From assembly GCA_964567205.1 (NCBI GenBank), contig CAZMKW010000001.1:1-48832 (forward strand): DNA of 48,832 bases, written 5' to 3'. The position numbers were made by a program, and so were the translations under genes. Positions 18,007 through 26,619 of this stretch are shown here, in pieces. The first letter of the stretch is position 1; every line of letters starts with the position of its first letter. The notes below the pieces were generated by a model. It was given only the letters and a program-made list of their open reading frames with translations. It was not told the DNA's origin and ran no database searches. Origin of the DNA: an uncultured Candidatus Saccharibacteria bacterium. Lineage in GTDB: Bacteria; Patescibacteriota; Minisyncoccia; Minisyncoccales; Staskawiczbacteraceae.

Positions 18007-19491
18007 CTATTTCATATACACGATAATTTTTTGGCCTTCTCTTAATCCAGATAATATTTCAACCAATCCCCCGTCTGCTTGAAGCCCCGTCTGAACTTCG
18101 ACTTCGTGATACGTGAGTTTTTTTACATCATCAACAACCCTCACATATTTTTTATTATTTTTATTAATAACCGCGGTTGAAGGAACCGCCAACGCGTCAT
18201 TTTTTTCCGAAGACAAAATAGTCATATTCGCGGTCATACCAGGTTTTACTTCAGGAATATTTTCTAAACTTCCCTTAACTTCATAGTTAACTACACCAGA
18301 AACAACGGTAGACGCTGGATTAATACTTAAAACTTTTCCTGCAAAATGTTTATCCGGGCCCAAGGCGTCAAAAGTATAATCAACGGACTGCCCCACTTGA
18401 AGAGAAGCAATATTTGCCTCACTCACATTTGCTTCTGTGTGAAGGTTATTTACATCCTGCAAAACTAAAACCTCTTTCGAGGGCGCCGCCAATTCACCCA
18501 CTTTAATATCAACTTGGGTTATTGTTCCAGATGAGGGAGCTATAATAATTAAATTATTTAAAACTGCTCTTGCCGCATCAACTTGCGCTTGTGCAAAATC
18601 TATATCCTCCTGCCTTGGTGAAGATTGTTTGGCAGACAAATTGTGCTGAGCCGTTTGAAGTGCAACTTTATATAAGGACAGACTGCTTTGCAAAGTATTA
18701 ATACCACTTAGCGCAGAACTGACTGCGGATTTTTGAGAATCCAAAGCAGATTTGTCGGCAACAGTAACGCTATCCTTATAAGTATCAGTTCCAGTTTGAT
18801 CGCGAATAATTTGCAATGATGCTAAAACGCTCGTTAGAGAATTTACAGAATTAGAGACTGCCGTATTTATGGCATCAGTATTGCCTAAATGGGTTATGCC
18901 ATTTTTCACAACAGCCAAATTATTACTTATATTGTTAACATTATCGTGAACCGGACTCCAAGATGAATCTGCCGACAGAAAATAAGTATCTTGAATTATT
19001 TTTACCACTGCCTCGGCGTTAAAAATTGCCGTATATCCGTCATTTAATGCATTAAAAACTCCGTTAACCGCATTATCCAAATTAACTTGTGCTAAAGATT
19101 CTGCATCTTGTAATGATTGAATATCATTTTGAGTTGCGCCATTAATTAATTTATCGTAATTTGCTTGCGACTGGTTTAGATTTGCAAGAGCAGAAGTTAT
19201 ATCAAGCGAAGCTAAAGTCTGACCCTGATAAACACTGTCCCCCTCTTTTACGGAAATCTTTTTTACAACCCCAGTGTTTTGAAAACTTAAAATAAGATCC
19301 GTCCCACTTACAACTTGTCCGGTTGAAAGAACTGTTTGTTGCAAATTTTGTTTTGTTACTACACCTGTTTGGATAGATGTATTTACCTTTGGTTTAAAAA
19401 TAAAATATCCGATCATAACAACAACAACTAAAATTGCTATAATCCAGATGTTTCTTTTTCGTTTTAAAAATTTTGGTATTTTTATTTTCAT
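18007..19491 (-). CDS. HlyD/MacA-family periplasmic adaptor-like protein
   Basis: N-terminal TM segment, lipoyl-like segments (VKEGDSVYQGQTLASLD), a long coiled-coil middle and a C-terminal beta-barrel pattern. It lies 2 nt upstream of the ATPase gene. Confidence 0.78.
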   Translation of the reverse strand: MKIKIPKFLKRKRNIWIIAILVVVVMIGYFIFKPKVNTSIQTGVVTKQNLQQTVLSTGQVVSGTDLILSFQNTGVVKKISVKEGDSVYQGQTLASLDITSALANLNQSQANYDKLINGATQNDIQSLQDAESLAQVNLDNAVNGVFNALNDGYTAIFNAEAVVKIIQDTYFLSADSSWSPVHDNVNNISNNLAVVKNGITHLGNTDAINTAVSNSVNSLTSVLASLQIIRDQTGTDTYKDSVTVADKSALDSQKSAVSSALSGINTLQSSLSLYKVALQTAQHNLSAKQSSPRQEDIDFAQAQVDAARAVLNNLIIIAPSSGTITQVDIKVGELAAPSKEVLVLQDVNNLHTEANVSEANIASLQVGQSVDYTFDALGPDKHFAGKVLSINPASTVVSGVVNYEVKGSLENIPEVKPGMTANMTILSSEKNDALAVPSTAVINKNNKKYVRVVDDVKKLTYHEVEVQTGLQADGGLVEILSGLREGQKIIVYMK

Positions 19492-19504
19492 AAATTTTTT
19501 TATT

Positions 19505-20197
19505 TTAATTGCTGAAAGTTTTCGCTTTATTTAGCCATTTTGCAAATTGGCAATCGGAATTGTGTGGCGGTGGCGCTGGGGTTTTTAAACATTCAACCGC
19601 ATCTTTAAAAATTTCGTAAATATCAGATGGGTTGGTATCTATTTCCACAACTTCTTTTCTGAATGGTAGGCGGTCAATGAATCCCCTGCTCTTATCTACT
19701 ATATAGAAGGCCAAATATCCTTTGTGTGCTGTTTTATATCCATTTTTCTCCATTAAAAATGTGTACGTATCTAACTGTAATTGAAATCTGTCATATACTT
19801 TTGCTGCCGTGCTTCCGGTTGATTTATAATCTAACGGCGCTATTTTTCCATTTTCAAATTCTAAAACATCGTCAACCACTCCAAACAATGTCGCCTTAAG
19901 ATCCGCATCAAAATATCTTATTCCCGCCAGATTGTTTCTCCACTGATTCAGTAATTTTTGATTTCCAAATAAACGAGCTTTTATTTTTTTATCTTCAAGC
20001 AAGGGTGGTTGTATCTTCTTTGAACGATACGTATCAAATTCTTCTTTTAATAAACTGTCTACGGCAGAATTTAAAGCATATGGATATGGCGGTGGTCTTT
20101 TTATTCCCAAATTTTTATCTAGCCAAAAACAATGCGGACATTCTAGAAATAAATTTAACGAATTCGGTGATAATTGTATTGCTTTTCCATTTGCCAT
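19505..20197 (-). CDS. PD-(D/E)XK nuclease family protein (Cas4/RecB-like, Cys-containing)
   Basis: N-terminal CPHC, a D...DYK core candidate (APLDYKSTG), and C-terminal Cys residues. Family-level guess only. Confidence 0.55.
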   Translation of the reverse strand: MANGKAIQLSPNSLNLFLECPHCFWLDKNLGIKRPPPYPYALNSAVDSLLKEEFDTYRSKKIQPPLLEDKKIKARLFGNQKLLNQWRNNLAGIRYFDADLKATLFGVVDDVLEFENGKIAPLDYKSTGSTAAKVYDRFQLQLDTYTFLMEKNGYKTAHKGYLAFYIVDKSRGFIDRLPFRKEVVEIDTNPSDIYEIFKDAVECLKTPAPPPHNSDCQFAKWLNKAKTFSN

Positions 20198-20227
20198 ATT
20201 TATTATATATTACCAAAAATTTCAAAC

Positions 20228-20255
20228 AAAAAAAAGCTCTCACCGGAGTGAGAGC
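20228..20255 (-). terminator. Intrinsic terminator of the PurC-PurE fusion gene
   Basis: Minus strand reads GCTCTCAC-TCCG-GTGAGAGC followed by T8. Confidence 0.75.
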
Positions 20256-20278
20256 ATAGAACTTATTAAGCCAATCTC

Positions 20279-21778
20279 TTAGCACAGAGAAATGCCAAGC
20301 TGAACCGGCTTTTCCTTACGCGGTTTTGGCGGAGGAAGCTCGCCGTAAGCGACCCTATCCAGCAACTTGGACAATCCGGCGGGACCCGTGTATGCGCCAC
20401 CGGCTATCTCGTCGATAATCACGGGTTGGCCGGGAATTTCCTCAATGGAAAGCTGAGCGGCAAGCAAAGACTTGCTCCCCGCATCGCCCAGAGCAACAGC
20501 AGCAACCGGCACGTTCACGCCATAGTAATGCGCCCACGAATCCAGTACTCCTGCCAAGGCTAAGGCTTTCCCGCCAATACAGATTGCGATGTCAAAGCCG
20601 GTCAGTCCTTCTTCTGCTAAAATCCTAATCTCCTCGGGATTGCGGTGGCAACTCATAACGTGAGCTTTAATGCTAGGTATTTTCCTACTGCACATGCCAT
20701 CACCGCCGAGAATCTTCCTAACTTCCGGAAGGTCGGTGTCACTGCCCAAAACGAGCAGAACATTTGGCACCTTCCGAACAGGATAATCCACGTGCATAAC
20801 CTCGCGGAGGTAATGCTCAATGGTATGGCCGGTCAGTCGCCAGAAAATATAGCGGTAAGCCTGAGTCGTCCGGGCTATAAGATCCTCGGGCATTACAAAT
20901 GAATGGACAATGTCCACATGCTCGGGAATCTCCGGCAACAACTCTTTGACACCGTGCGTCTCCTGGTACAGCTTCATCGCAGCCGATAACCACTTACGTA
21001 CCGGATCTTTGTCAAAAGATCCTGGCGCCCGACGGCCGATTGCCGGCTTTCGGCTAAGCAACCATTCGACGTAGGGCCAGAAACGTGACGAATCCGGCGT
21101 AAGAACTTCATCGACGAGAGTGCCATCTTCGGCAAACTCAAACTTAGTATCAGGTTGTTCAATTCCGTGCTTCCGCGCATAATCGCGTCCGATTTGGTAA
21201 ATCTGCATTGCCCGCATGCTCGCAACCGGATACTGCAGAATAACTTCCTCAGCCGGCACGTTTTCGTCATGGCCTTCTTCGGCCTTGGTGGTTGGTGTGA
21301 GAATCGGACTTGGCAGCTCATCGCCGTCCTGCAAGCCTGGTGGCAACCTATGCCCACAGACTTCCCCGGTTTTTTGGTATTTTGGAACGGCCGTACCGGC
21401 CAAGCACCCGCGCACCACGAACTCGTACTCGGTCGTCCTCAATTCTTTAACCACCATAGCACGAGCTTGAAGATCGATGTTGCCCCGATGCTCCGGTGGC
21501 AAAAACTCGTCTATACCTGAGCCGTAGGCCACCATGTGATGCGGAATGCCGTACTCATCCATCATCTGAAGCCAGAAGACAGTCATGGCGCTCAATACAA
21601 TCCCTTTGTGCTTGACAAGCGCATTCACAACAAAATCTTTGGCGCTTATGCCGTCAGTGGCAACAACAAGCCTGTTGCCAACAGGCAAGCGGTTGCTATC
21701 GCGGACCTTTCCGCGATTCAGAAGTTTCAAGCCGGGCAGCACTGGCCAACCGGCTCTTACGGGAGATAACTTTGGCAT
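20279..21778 (-). CDS. Fusion protein: SAICAR synthetase (PurC) domain plus PurE/AIR-carboxylase-fold domain (PAICS-like order)
   Basis: PurC motifs: GKVRD, ATDGISAKDF, EFVVRGCLAGT, TPTTKAEEGHDENV, DTKFEF, TPDSSRFW. C-terminal PurE-like motifs: LVLGSDTDL, SCHRNPEE, ICIGGKALALAGV. The start was chosen at the ATG with an AAGGAG RBS (M20 of the ORF). The gene is strongly GC-richer than its neighbours. Confidence 0.8.
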   Translation of the reverse strand: MPKLSPVRAGWPVLPGLKLLNRGKVRDSNRLPVGNRLVVATDGISAKDFVVNALVKHKGIVLSAMTVFWLQMMDEYGIPHHMVAYGSGIDEFLPPEHRGNIDLQARAMVVKELRTTEYEFVVRGCLAGTAVPKYQKTGEVCGHRLPPGLQDGDELPSPILTPTTKAEEGHDENVPAEEVILQYPVASMRAMQIYQIGRDYARKHGIEQPDTKFEFAEDGTLVDEVLTPDSSRFWPYVEWLLSRKPAIGRRAPGSFDKDPVRKWLSAAMKLYQETHGVKELLPEIPEHVDIVHSFVMPEDLIARTTQAYRYIFWRLTGHTIEHYLREVMHVDYPVRKVPNVLLVLGSDTDLPEVRKILGGDGMCSRKIPSIKAHVMSCHRNPEEIRILAEEGLTGFDIAICIGGKALALAGVLDSWAHYYGVNVPVAAVALGDAGSKSLLAAQLSIEEIPGQPVIIDEIAGGAYTGPAGLSKLLDRVAYGELPPPKPRKEKPVQLGISLC

Positions 21779-21856
21779 TTCTCGCTCCTTTCCTTCTATG
21801 TCGGTGACAATGAACTGCAAATTTCTTGCTTTCACGCGAAAGCACTTACTGTTCTA

Positions 21857-21885
21857 AAATTACACAATATTATGCTTTTTGTCAA
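21857..21885 (-). promoter_or_regulatory. Sigma-70-like promoter of the PurC-PurE cassette
   Basis: Minus strand reads TTGACA (21885-21880), a 17-nt spacer, then TAATTT (21862-21857). Confidence 0.55.
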
Positions 21886-21887
21886 AC

Positions 21888-22673
21888 TTAAAAACCAAGC
21901 TCAATCCAGCGCCATTTTCCGTATTGGTCTTTATTAAATTTATAATTTGAGTATTTATTTTTTAAAATTATTTCTTTTACGACCGCCTTCTGATCGGGAC
22001 TGAATTCCATAAAGATTTTACCGTCCGGATTCAAATATTTTTTGGCTTCTTTCAGAAACTTTTTGATATAAAAAAGCCCATCGGCTCCTCCGAATAATGC
22101 CTGACTTGGCTCAAATTTTAAAACTGATTTTTGGATTTTGTTTTTTTGCGTAGTTGGAATATATGGTGGGTTTGCGAAAATATAATCATATTTATTTCTA
22201 ATATTTTTGAAAACGTCGGATTTTATTATTTTACTTCGCCAGGCCGAAGCCTCTGGCGAAGGCTGGTTTAATTTGTAGTTTATTTTTATCTGAGCGATTG
22301 CGTTTTTGTCGTTGTCCGCCATGTCGCATAATAAACCTGGCATATTTTTTAATAACGCAATTCCAATACATCCTGACCCACAAAAAATATCCAAAGCCCT
22401 TATTTTTCTCCTGTCGTGAAAAGTGCGCGATAGCGCACTTTTCACGACAGGTCTTACAATGGACTTTATCGCCTGGTCTACCCAAAATTCTGTTTCCGGC
22501 CGCGGTATCAGCGGTCTTTTTGATAAATCAATTTTACACGACAAAAACTCAGTAAATCCGATTACATAATCTAACGGCTCAGCACCGTTGAGCCGTTTAA
22601 TATCTTTATAAAATTGTTTTGTCGGCCTGCCAAAGTATTTTTCCTTTAACAGCCACCCTAATTCTTTTTCCAT
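21888..22673 (-). CDS. prmC: Release factor glutamine N5-methyltransferase (PrmC/HemK)
   Basis: Contains DIFCGSGCIG (SAM motif) and NPPY (FANPPYIP). The start is at the internal ATG overlapping the upstream stop (TAATG). It carries a 14-codon palindromic insert. Confidence 0.88.
   Translation of the reverse strand: MEKELGWLLKEKYFGRPTKQFYKDIKRLNGAEPLDYVIGFTEFLSCKIDLSKRPLIPRPETEFWVDQAIKSIVRPVVKSALSRTFHDRRKIRALDIFCGSGCIGIALLKNMPGLLCDMADNDKNAIAQIKINYKLNQPSPEASAWRSKIIKSDVFKNIRNKYDYIFANPPYIPTTQKNKIQKSVLKFEPSQALFGGADGLFYIKKFLKEAKKYLNPDGKIFMEFSPDQKAVVKEIILKNKYSNYKFNKDQYGKWRWIELGF
22410..22451. repeat. Perfect 42-bp palindrome (19-bp arms, 4-nt centre) inside the prmC coding frame
   Basis: CCTGTCGTGAAAAGTGCGC-GATA-GCGCACTTTTCACGACAGG read directly. 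It spans exactly codons 75-88 (PVVKSALSRTFHDR). Confidence 0.95.
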
Positions 22674-22912
22674 TATGTTAATCCTTCCTGATATTCTACC
22701 CCATTTATCACCGGAAACTTCGGGTAAATTTTTTGTACTCTGCCGACTTGACCATCTTCGAGCCGAACTTTGCACCCTCGCGGATGAAAACTGTCGCCCG
22801 TTAAAATATCCTTCACTTTTCCATGAGTTAATTTGCCGGTGGGTTGATCCGCCTTTAAAACAATGTCCACTTCCCCGCCAATTTTTATATTTACTCTAGT
22901 CTGACCGTTCAT
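22673..22912 (-). CDS. YwbE/DUF2196-family small protein
   Basis: 79 aa with the pattern DIVLKADQPTGKLTHGKVKDILT...HPRGCKVRLEDGQVGRVQKI, typical of YwbE-like proteins. Confidence 0.7.
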   Translation of the reverse strand: MNGQTRVNIKIGGEVDIVLKADQPTGKLTHGKVKDILTGDSFHPRGCKVRLEDGQVGRVQKIYPKFPVINGVEYQEGLT

Positions 22913-22921
22913 GTTTTATTT

Positions 22922-23581
22922 TTACGGGCACGACGCAAATTCACAGTTTGAACCAACGCGTCCTACATAAGATCCGTCCGGACAAAGCTCTGCGTCTTGA
23001 GGGCACGCTCTATTAAATTCTGAATTATCAGCTAGCACTACCGGAATCTCAAGAGCGTCGTCGTTTTCAGGAAGCCCCGACGGATTATCTTTACGCAATA
23101 TTAATGAGCCCTTATTGCTGTATGCATTTTTGTCTACCTCAAACTTTATCGTCGCCCCAAATGGCACAAAATCTTCTGTCATCCAATCGCTCTCGGCAGT
23201 GGCAATCCCCTGTCCGATTATTTTACCATCCCAATCAACTACAACAACCGGGAGGCTGCCTTCAAAAAACCATGTTCCCCGCGCTTCTCCGAGAACAGTT
23301 AAGGGACTTTGTATATTTTGATTTGGGCGCGGAATATTAACGCGAATAAGATCTGTTTTTTCCTGCTCGTTACCAATATCTTCAATAAAAGTTTTTTCTC
23401 CTTCTCTACATTGTCGCGGGTAGCTTTCCATAACAGGATTTCCCGCCGCAACACACTCATCGAAGTTTAAAACTTGATGTTGCTTAATTTCTTCACTAGG
23501 TTTTGGCCACGCAACAACTCCGGCCACAACAATCGCTATAACTATTAATATAAATATATAAATTATTATTTTTTTATTCAT
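22922..23581 (-). CDS. Membrane-anchored protein with Gmad2-like immunoglobulin-like domain
   Basis: N-terminal TM segment. SPLTVLGEARGTWFFEGSLPVVVVDWDGKIIGQG...FVPF resembles the Gmad2 domain pattern. Confidence 0.6.
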   Translation of the reverse strand: MNKKIIIYIFILIVIAIVVAGVVAWPKPSEEIKQHQVLNFDECVAAGNPVMESYPRQCREGEKTFIEDIGNEQEKTDLIRVNIPRPNQNIQSPLTVLGEARGTWFFEGSLPVVVVDWDGKIIGQGIATAESDWMTEDFVPFGATIKFEVDKNAYSNKGSLILRKDNPSGLPENDDALEIPVVLADNSEFNRACPQDAELCPDGSYVGRVGSNCEFASCP

Positions 23582-23975
23582 AAATTTTACAATTTTTTTG
23601 TTTTACAGTTTTAAAAATCCCCACAAGCAACGGAAGCATAAATGTGACGGTGTAATAAATGTAAACATCTAATTTATAATACCCACCAACGGGCTTAAAT
23701 AATAAAACTAAAAATAAATAATCAAATACAATAGCTATCACAGTCCAGGCAATTGCTATCTTTAAATAATAAATAATCCCTCCACCCGTTTCGCCTTCGG
23801 CCGGGTTTATTTTTTTTATTAAAACCCAAAGAGTAATTAAAATACCAATCGGCGCAATCGCCCATCCAATTAAATTCGCGGGCATTACCATAAAAAATAT
23901 TATGCCCAAAACATACCCAACAATCCAAAGCCCAATTCCCCACCCTAACGAATCTTTTGAAAATTTATTGTCCAT
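23574..23975 (-). CDS. Hypothetical integral membrane protein
   Basis: 133 aa with about four hydrophobic helices. It overlaps the downstream gene by 8 nt. Confidence 0.55.
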   Translation of the reverse strand: MDNKFSKDSLGWGIGLWIVGYVLGIIFFMVMPANLIGWAIAPIGILITLWVLIKKINPAEGETGGGIIYYLKIAIAWTVIAIVFDYLFLVLLFKPVGGYYKLDVYIYYTVTFMLPLLVGIFKTVKQKNCKIYE

Positions 23976-23983
23976 AAATTTTT

Positions 23984-24568
23984 TTACTTTTTTTCGAGGA
24001 TATTAATGCCAAAGTTTTTTAACTCGTTAGATAACGGAAGCATAGGAATCCCAACAATATTAAAATAATCTCCTTCGATTTTTTCTATAAACACGCCTCC
24101 TCGATGTTGCATAGCGTAAGATCCGGCTTTATCTAACGGCTCACCCAAAGCTATATAGTCGTCTATATCTTTTTCTGGAATATTTGTAACAAAAACTTTA
24201 CTCTCCACCGATTTTAAAACCTGTTTTCCTGTTTCAGTATCAATTATGGTAAATCCGGTTATAACAGAATGAGCTTTTCCGCTAAGTTTTTGGAGCATAA
24301 TTTTAGCGTGCTCTTTTGATTTTGGCTTTCCCATAATTTCATTACCAAGAACACAAAAAGTATCAGCGGCAATAATGATTGCATTATCGTGCCTTTGCGC
24401 TACGTCTTTTGCTTTTCCCAAAGATAAAAACTCCGCTAGTTTATTTGGTTCCATTTCTAGCGTCATGTCTTCCTTATAATTACTTGGGTCTATCTCAAAA
24501 ACTAAACCCATTTGAGTTAACAGGGCTTTCCTCCCCGGCGACGCTGACGCTAAAACAATTTTTTTCAT
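23984..24568 (-). CDS. maf: Maf-like nucleoside triphosphate pyrophosphatase
   Basis: Starts MKKIVLASASPGRKALL, and has the KAGSYA-type motif (DKAGSYAMQ). Confidence 0.9.
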   Translation of the reverse strand: MKKIVLASASPGRKALLTQMGLVFEIDPSNYKEDMTLEMEPNKLAEFLSLGKAKDVAQRHDNAIIIAADTFCVLGNEIMGKPKSKEHAKIMLQKLSGKAHSVITGFTIIDTETGKQVLKSVESKVFVTNIPEKDIDDYIALGEPLDKAGSYAMQHRGGVFIEKIEGDYFNIVGIPMLPLSNELKNFGINILEKK

Positions 24569-24582
24569 AATTAATTTTAGAA

Positions 24583-25572
24583 TTAGTGTTTTACTATTTC
24601 CAATTTCACTTTTCCATTTTCTGCTTCTAAGCTAACCTCTCCTCCAACCGGAAAAGTAACCATCGGACTTGTATGTCCAAAATCAACGCCCGCTATTACC
24701 GGTAAATTATCTAACTCCTTCTTTGTTTTGATAATTTTAATTAAAATGTCATTAGGTATTTCACTTTTATTTTGGAATCTTCCAATTATTATTCCTTTCA
24801 CGTTTTCAAATCCGGGCTGGTGAATTACAGACTGAAAATCCCTATCAAAAGTGACTGCGTTAGACATTTCATCATCCTCCAAAAAAAGAATCTTATTCTT
24901 GGATAACTCCGGGAAATATTCTGTTCCTTGCAATAAGTTTAATGTGCAAAGGTTCGCGCCAAGTATTGTGCCAGATGCCCTGCCTTCATTTATTACCAGC
25001 CAGCCATCATTTTTTATTAGTTTTCTGTTGTCCTGATTTTTATACCAAGCATCATCGCTCCATTGTTCGCTTGGCTTAATTTCAAAAGGTTCACCTGAAA
25101 GCAAGCATTTTTTAAAATATTCTAATGTGTAGTCAAAATACAACTCCTGCCCAAAAGTTGAGTAATGTGGACCAGAATAAGAAACTAATCCTGTTTTGGC
25201 GAATATCGCATTATTTAGGGCCGTTATATCGGAAAAACCGCATAGAATCTTAGGATTATTTTTAATTAAATCCCAGTCCAAATATCTTAAAAGCTGATTA
25301 CTATTAAAGCCTCCTATCACTGTTAAAATCGCTTTTACATTTTTGTCGGAAAAGGCATTATGAATATCCTCAATCCTTGATTTTATACTTGAAGAAACGA
25401 ATTCGTCACTTTCCTCAATGTGTTTACCAAAACTTAATTTTAGTCCCATTTCAGCAAAACGCTTGTTGGCTATATCTCTCGACTCTTTCGAAATTATCGA
25501 CATAGAACGAGACGGGGCAATTATTCTTACCTCATCCCCAATTTTTAATTTTGCCGGATATATTTTTTCCAT
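24583..25572 (-). CDS. LD-carboxypeptidase (S66 family, LdcA/MccF-like)
   Basis: Contains IIAPS, the nucleophile motif GFSDITAL, and the C-terminal FGH. Confidence 0.85.
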   Translation of the reverse strand: MEKIYPAKLKIGDEVRIIAPSRSMSIISKESRDIANKRFAEMGLKLSFGKHIEESDEFVSSSIKSRIEDIHNAFSDKNVKAILTVIGGFNSNQLLRYLDWDLIKNNPKILCGFSDITALNNAIFAKTGLVSYSGPHYSTFGQELYFDYTLEYFKKCLLSGEPFEIKPSEQWSDDAWYKNQDNRKLIKNDGWLVINEGRASGTILGANLCTLNLLQGTEYFPELSKNKILFLEDDEMSNAVTFDRDFQSVIHQPGFENVKGIIIGRFQNKSEIPNDILIKIIKTKKELDNLPVIAGVDFGHTSPMVTFPVGGEVSLEAENGKVKLEIVKH

Positions 25573-25610
25573 AACTTGGTTATTTTTTAAAACTTTGAAA
25601 ACTTATTTAA

Positions 25611-26162
25611 CTAAGATAACTTTTTAACAAACACAGCGGGATTTTCTATAAAACTTAAGTAGGTTTCCCTTAATAATTTTGCGTCGTCTAAGGCGTTATG
25701 TATTTTAAATTTTTTATAATCTATGCCGATTTTTTCAAAAAACCCGTTTTTGTTACCAGAATAATAAACTTCCGGATCTGCGCCCAACATAAAAAGCACT
25801 GTAGCAAAATCAATTGAAACAACATTAAATATGTCTTTATTAATACCGACAGACCTTTGCATTTTTTGCCAATAAACAACATCGTCCTGATTAATATACC
25901 CAACAATGTGTGGCTTTCCTTCGCCAACAAATTGCTTAACCATTTTTACAGCCTCTTTTTTACTAACCTTATTGCCTTTCAAAAATGGTAAAACATTTTT
26001 TTTAACCCAATCACTACACTCGCCCCTATAATCTAATTCCAAATACAATTCTTCGCCATTAGTTTTAACAAGCGCAATAGAAATTAACTCTGCCTTGTTT
26101 GGATCCAGGCCAGAAAACTCTGTGTCAAAGAATATTATATTATTTGAAAAAGGCTTCATCAA
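25611..26162 (-). CDS. DEDDh-type 3'-5' exonuclease domain protein
   Basis: Exo I FFDTEFSGLD and Exo III HNALDDA motifs. Confidence 0.7.
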   Translation of the reverse strand: MMKPFSNNIIFFDTEFSGLDPNKAELISIALVKTNGEELYLELDYRGECSDWVKKNVLPFLKGNKVSKKEAVKMVKQFVGEGKPHIVGYINQDDVVYWQKMQRSVGINKDIFNVVSIDFATVLFMLGADPEVYYSGNKNGFFEKIGIDYKKFKIHNALDDAKLLRETYLSFIENPAVFVKKLS

Positions 26163-26166
26163 GATT

Positions 26167-26430
26167 TTATTTTTTAAAATTTTTCTGCCAAAGTTTTTTA
26201 AATAATGGCATTGTCAAAGTTGAGAGCAAAAAGGCAACTGCCGGAACGATAGCGTTTAACCAAGGATTCGAAACTTTTATTGCATTCAAATAAATCCCTA
26301 TCGCCAAATACGTAAAAAGAATCAGAAGCCCACGCCGAGCATAGCTCGTCTCCCATTTTTTATCCATTTCAACGCGCTCATTCCTCTCCTTTATTAAATT
26401 AACTTCTTTCTCTAATTCCTGTAGCTCCAT
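26167..26430 (-). CDS. Hypothetical small membrane protein
   Basis: 87 aa with a charged N-terminal helix followed by two hydrophobic segments. It ends 5 nt upstream of the start of the exonuclease gene. Confidence 0.5.
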   Translation of the reverse strand: MELQELEKEVNLIKERNERVEMDKKWETSYARRGLLILFTYLAIGIYLNAIKVSNPWLNAIVPAVAFLLSTLTMPLFKKLWQKNFKK

Positions 26431-26447
26431 AATTTTATTTTATTATC

Positions 26448-26493
26448 TTAACTTTATCCCTAAAAAAGGATATTTTCAATACGAAATCCTCCC
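26448..26493 (-). promoter_or_regulatory. Conserved promoter-like module, copy 1 (TTGAAA-17-TAAAGT on the minus strand)
   Basis: About 45 nt nearly identical to 28702-28746. The -35 element is at 26479-26474 and the -10 at 26456-26451. Confidence 0.45.
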
Positions 26494-26619
26494 ACACCGG
26501 CACAAAAGGGCAAAAAAAAGCTACACACGGATCCGAATTGTGGACTCTATAAACCCAGGGTTATCTTCAAAATCCAGTTGTGACTCAATCCCTTTATCTT
26601 CCCTCCCATAGCCTTCGTG

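Noticed and set aside
14229-22775. N-terminal extensions of track ORFs (permease B to 15548, PurC-PurE to 21835, PrmC to 22775; likewise MurC to 7859, EF-P from 9850, L21 to 32308, MraZ to 44210, sigma from 29207)
   Set aside because: Internal start codons match family N-termini, have better RBS or start-stop coupling, and the extensions run through repeats, promoters or upstream genes.
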